Source: Mayamaea pseudoterrestris (Eukaryota). Taken from it: DNA of 64,000 bases. The first letter of the stretch is position 1; each line of letters starts with the position of its first letter. Below the pieces are notes generated by a model, which made no database searches, was not told the origin of the DNA, and saw only the letters and a list, made by a program, of their open reading frames with translations. A program made the position numbers and the translations under genes. Shown piece after piece: positions 59,959-64,000 of this stretch. Location of the stretch: the NCBI GenBank assembly GCA_027923505.1, contig BROI01000001.1, positions 1,674,001 to 1,738,000 of the forward strand. Direction: 5' to 3'.

Positions 59959-62900
59959 CTAGGTAACCGCGGACTCGCTGGCTCGGTCCAGGTGTCCCGG
60001 CGGGGCGCAGCGGAATCGGCCAAGTGTCATTACGGCACAATGAATGTCAAGTCGACATAGGGTCACTGCCCACTGGAGGGCACCAATAAGAGACTGGTAC
60101 TGTTGAATGCCACGGGCATCCAGCTCTTCGGTAAGGTCAAGTTCGGGGTGGTCCCCGTCGTCAAGCGGTGACTTGCGCTTGCGTGGCTTCTCGCCAAACA
60201 TGGTTTCGTAGTTCTTGAGCATGCGACCGACGTAGGTCTTCGCGCTCATGCAGAGGGTTCCATCGGGATCACGATAGAAGTCGGCTCCAAGGTGGTACTT
60301 GATGTCACCGACGCCCTTCAACTTGTACTTGTACTTGTCCTTGAGGAGGTCTGTGAAGGCTTGTGGATCTTTCATGGCCATAGCCAGATCGTCGACGAAC
60401 ACGCCGACGTACTCGTAGTGAGTGCCACAGTCTTTCATCCAGACGTCAGGGTCCGCGTAGCTTGGGTAGAATCCAATGTCGCGGAGTGTGTCGGCAAAGT
60501 GCTCATGCCAACGCGCGCCAGAAGTGCGCAATCCGTAAAGTGCCTTGTAGATGACCAAGGTATGGCCTTCCAATGGTCCAAACTCGGGACCGGCAACAAT
60601 GTAGACCTTTTCCTTGGTCTTGGCCTCGAGGTAGGCGTTACCGACATCGGCAGCCCAAAACTTGAGGTCGTTCAGTTCAGCTAACAGTGCTATGGTTCGA
60701 ATGCTTCGCATAGATACAACGCCGGAGTAGGCGGAGTCCTTGGGCGGAGCGGTCAAATGTCCCCCGGCGACGAGTCGGGCCTTACGTCGTAGATCGTTCT
60801 TGCAGTCGAAAACAAGATGCGCGTTGATGCGCTTCCAGTCACTTTCCATGAAGGCACCGATGCCCTTGTCGATGAAAGTGTCGTACTCGTGTAGCTGCTC
60901 CATCTCAGTCTTGACGGCGTCAGCCCACAGTGTGTTTCCATTAGCAGCGTCGAGGCGGTTCGCTTCCTTCCAGGTATTAGGAACTTGAACGCCAAACTTG
61001 AAACGCGCTTCTTGGACACGGTTCTTCTTTGCAGCCTTGCACATGCGGTTAAACATTTTAGTGCGTCCTGCCATGCGCCTCAAGCGCTTCCATCCATCCT
61101 TGTCCAGCATGCCCTTGCGCTTGCCATACTCGGCAACGGTCACAGGGTCGGACTTGATGATCAATGCGAGTGGCTCCCAGGTCTTCTCGCCATTTGCCCA
61201 TTGGATGAGCAAGTTGTAGGATGAGCCGCGATACGTAGCGTCGGCTTGTGTCAGTGGACCTTCATGTCCGTCAATGAAATCAAACTTGTAGTACTGGTCG
61301 TCGTTGTCATCGTCCCCCAGTCGTAAAGAATCTTGCCGTTCGCAAAGGTCGGCTAGTTCGTTGTAGGTAATAAGCTCGTCGACGTCGCCGTCGCCGAGAC
61401 TCAATCGAAACTTGATAATCTTGTGGTTGGCTTCATCGCGATCGTTCAGTTGCTCGATAACCTTGTAACGTCGCGTGGAGCCGTCTTCCTCGTCAAGAAG
61501 GACAGTGCGTCCCATCAGTTCAGCCGGAGTAAAGGACGGCATGGGTCCGTCGGGATCCAAACCGGCTAACTCGGCAGCGCTTTCCAACGTGAATGCGTCT
61601 TCATCCACGGTTCCCCCAGAATCAGGCGCTGGGGTCGGTGTAAGGTCGTGTTCAAACACCGGACCGACTAGGTCATACTCATCGTCAAAATCGTTGACAG
61701 TTTCGACTTGGACTCGTTCGCGCGCGGGGCGTGCGTCGAAGACAGGTTCCGCGAACAATGGTCGTTCGGACTCAGGTTCAGGAGCGCTTTCAGCTTCAGC
61801 GCGTAGGTTACGCCCTTCGGAGAAGGGACGAACGTTGGATCGGACGACAACCATTCCAGTCCGATCGGATCGAACTTGGTACGTGAGGATGTCACCCTTG
61901 TTCTCTGCAATGCCGACCCAGCGTCCTGCTGCTTCCTTGGTGTGAGGAAATGTCGGCGGCTCGTCGGCTCCAGCTTCGTACAGGACTCGTTCCCAGAACT
62001 TGAACTGCAGGAACGGCGAAATGTCGGGTACTCGGTTGAAGGCGGCTTCAGTAGGAGTCTTCCAGTTGAGGGACTCGGTTGCCAGATTGTTAAATAAGGC
62101 GATTACGTACAGCGCGCATAGGAGCCAGGCTCCAGCCGGTGCGCCCGTACGGTTCATGATGTTCTGGACTGATGACTTGACTTCTTGGATGCGACGCTCG
62201 GCAGGGTTCTGGTTCTGGTATCCGGGCTCGCTCTGTTGGTCACGAATCGCGTAGAATCGCAACAAAGTTTCAACTTGCTTCCCGAGCTGCACTCGCGAGT
62301 TATCGCTAATGAGCAAGTCGGGAGCGCCAATGTCTCGAATGAAGTCTTCGAGCGCCATGGGCATGTCACTCTCGGTTCTCAGTGGGTATCCCCTCGTCAG
62401 CAGACTCTTCTTGCCGACGAACAGTTGCATCATCTTGCATCCGCCATGGCCGCGGATTCCGTCGTTAAAGGCGGCTTCCTTGGAAAACCAGGTATCTGTC
62501 GCCGTATCGTCATGGAAACGAACCACATTGGCGGCAGGGAATCGCGACTTAAAGTGTTGGCGAAATGGGGTGTGTGCCGATGCACGGAAAAGCTGTGTCG
62601 TATTCTTAATGGTGCGCTTGACTCGTTCAAGTGGCGTGTAGCCAAGGTAGGGTCGAAGCGCTTGGTAGTCAGGTTCTTGTGGCATTATGCGTCGTGCATT
62701 GGCTTGGCGCGTCGTATCAGCCTGATTGCGATCGACATACTGCACCACACGTTCCACTGAGTTCATGTTGTTCCGGTAGGTGGCGTCGCCGAAGTCATCC
62801 ATGCGGGCGTCGACGAAACCGTGGGCTTCTTCCAATTCGTCGAAGCGACGATTAAACTCAAGTTCTTCTTCGTTCCATTCATTGTCCAAGTCCGCCGGAT

Positions 62901-64000
62901 CCCAAAGGGTGTCCGCAGAGAAAATGACCGTCGGATACATTTCCAACTCTGCGTCCGTCGGCGGACGCATATCCATTCGAGGCAAACCGTCGCGGATCGC
63001 CAAGGGGATGGTCTTGCCACAACTGGTGACAATGGCTTGTGCTCCATTCTGGGAGCGAGCGACGTCGTCGATCAGATGGCCGAACGAACGAAGCTGCGAC
63101 GGAGCATGAATGGATTCAGCACCGTCGTACAAAGCATACTGGTTGAACTGCCCGATAATGGGTCCAGTCCGAGTCTCAATCAATGCGACGCCAGTTCCGA
63201 CTTGAAGGTCGCGAACCGTGTGGTCGCTCAAACCTGTCACGTTACACGTGTGGTTGGTAGTACTCAAGATTCTCATATCGCTTCCAGCGAGTCCACCGTT
63301 CGCACCGCCGTCAATCAGCGATCCTTGGCGGGTCTCGTTGCTGCGAGCTCGATTCACAGTGTAGCGCACCGATACCATTGCGCGGTACCGACGGCCGTCG
63401 CTTCCCATAAACTCTTGCTGGGTGTTATTCGCAGCTTGAGTGCGAGACGACGCGGCGTTCGCAAGGAAAGATCTAATCATGTCATCCGGTGCACCTTGAG
63501 TGGCTGTCGTCGGGGCGATCGAGACAGCGTCATTCTGATACAAGATTGTACCAGGCACCGAGGCAGCCGCTTGTGACTGCTGGTTATTCGCGCGGTTGCC
63601 ATTGTTCGCGCGTCTTGTCGTGGCGGGTCTTGGGACGGCTTCGCGTCGAGCCATGAGCTGAGCGTATTCGTCCTCGTTAAGTCGTCCGAGTCGTTCGTAC
63701 GACATGTACGACCAGGGGTTCTGTAACAACTGTTCAAAGTTCAGGTAATCGCCAGGGAATCGTTCCCGATGCGCTTGCGTACCGGCTGCTGGTAGTGGCG
63801 CGGAAGAGCCTCGTCCTCCGGAACCGCGGCTCACTTGGGAACCGCGTCCACCGTCTCGTCCACCGCCGCGTCCGCCTTGGCCGCCACGTCCTCCGCCACG
63901 ACCGGAACCGCGTCCATTACCACGTCCTTGCCCGGAAGTGTTCGCGTTGTTCGCTTGGCGGTCGGCGTTCTTCTTGCCCTTATTCAGCTTGGCGTTCTTG
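59959..64000 (-). CDS. Copia Gag-Pol polyprotein (partial): RGG tract, protease, integrase, Tudor/chromo-like region, RT
   Basis: Open frame of more than 1290 aa in PR-INT-RT order: LIDGGANGG; TATDT / ISDNS / NPAERR (DDE); YNLLIQW...TWEPL; KARLVAGGH; FVDD. Disrupted near 59880-60020. Confidence 0.95.
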   Translation of the reverse strand, partial: KNAKLNKGKKNADRQANNANTSGQGRGNGRGSGRGGGRGGQGGRGGGRDGGRGSQVSRGSGGRGSSAPLPAAGTQAHRERFPGDYLNFEQLLQNPWSYMSYERLGRLNEDEYAQLMARREAVPRPATTRRANNGNRANNQQSQAAASVPGTILYQNDAVSIAPTTATQGAPDDMIRSFLANAASSRTQAANNTQQEFMGSDGRRYRAMVSVRYTVNRARSNETRQGSLIDGGANGGLAGSDMRILSTTNHTCNVTGLSDHTVRDLQVGTGVALIETRTGPIIGQFNQYALYDGAESIHAPSQLRSFGHLIDDVARSQNGAQAIVTSCGKTIPLAIRDGLPRMDMRPPTDAELEMYPTVIFSADTLWDPADLDNEWNEEELEFNRRFDELEEAHGFVDARMDDFGDATYRNNMNSVERVVQYVDRNQADTTRQANARRIMPQEPDYQALRPYLGYTPLERVKRTIKNTTQLFRASAHTPFRQHFKSRFPAANVVRFHDDTATDTWFSKEAAFNDGIRGHGGCKMMQLFVGKKSLLTRGYPLRTESDMPMALEDFIRDIGAPDLLISDNSRVQLGKQVETLLRFYAIRDQQSEPGYQNQNPAERRIQEVKSSVQNIMNRTGAPAGAWLLCALYVIALFNNLATESLNWKTPTEAAFNRVPDISPFLQFKFWERVLYEAGADEPPTFPHTKEAAGRWVGIAENKGDILTYQVRSDRTGMVVVRSNVRPFSEGRNLRAEAESAPEPESERPLFAEPVFDARPARERVQVETVNDFDDEYDLVGPVFEHDLTPTPAPDSGGTVDEDAFTLESAAELAGLDPDGPMPSFTPAELMGRTVLLDEEDGSTRRYKVIEQLNDRDEANHKIIKFRLSLGDGDVDELITYNELADLCERQDSLRLGDDDNDDQYYKFDFIDGHEGPLTQADATYRGSSYNLLIQWANGEKTWEPLALIIKSDPVTVAEYGKRKGMLDKDGWKRLRRMAGRTKMFNRMCKAAKKNRVQEARFKFGVQVPNTWKEANRLDAANGNTLWADAVKTEMEQLHEYDTFIDKGIGAFMESDWKRINAHLVFDCKNDLRRKARLVAGGHLTAPPKDSAYSGVVSMRSIRTIALLAELNDLKFWAADVGNAYLEAKTKEKVYIVAGPEFGPLEGHTLVIYKALYGLRTSGARWHEHFADTLRDIGFYPSYADPDVWMKDCGTHYEYVGVFVDDLAMAMKDPQAFTDLLKDKYKYKLKGVGDIKYHLGADFYRDPDGTLCMSAKTYVGRMLKNYETMFGEKPRKRKSPLDDGDHPELDLTEELDARGIQQYQSLIGALQWAVTLCRLDIHCAVMTLGRFRCAPPGHLDRASESAVT

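Larger units (their letters stand above)
58969..64000 (-). mobile_element. Family-1 copia, copy C (young; 5' part beyond the window)
   Basis: 3' LTR at 58969-59297, PPT, RNase H at 59309-59890 (CGA>TGA stop at 59504-59506) and a long pol ORF. Confidence 0.95.

Noticed and set aside
62185..63576. Long antisense ORFs (191 and 251 aa) opposite pol
   Set aside because: Expected shadow frames of a GC-rich coding strand, and they are broken differently in copies A and B.
1..64000. Telomeric repeats or prokaryotic/organellar insert
   Set aside because: No TTAGGG-type arrays and no operon-like or organellar genes were seen.

Overview
Eukaryotic, repeat-rich window, most likely from a raphid pennate diatom (judged from the 18S sequence). 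The left 26 kb is a nest of mobile elements. It holds minus-strand Ty1/copia (CoDi-like) retrotransposons with 329-bp LTRs and a complete 3,333-bp PIF/Harbinger-type DNA transposon (14-bp TIRs, TTT TSD, two intact divergent spliced genes) inserted in one of them. It also holds a 169-bp satellite with an 8-mer higher-order repeat, a second copia family inserted with an AGCTA TSD that carries inverted satellite where pol should be, and a non-coding LTR-like element. The middle has pseudogenes and a MYND-finger ORF. Two tandem 9,563-bp rDNA units (18S-5.8S-28S) follow, then a CpG-decayed copia relic and a young copia cut by the window end. The most notable items are: (i) the Harbinger accessory protein looks like a helical domain, an alpha-crystallin/HSP20-like domain and a C-terminal membrane anchor; (ii) two copia families share a primer-binding site complementary to a tRNA-Asn anticodon arm; (iii) copia Pol has Tudor-like and chromo-like modules after the integrase; (iv) one LTR element contains satellite. 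Domain calls are by-eye motif recognition, and several segments look like noisy long-read consensus.
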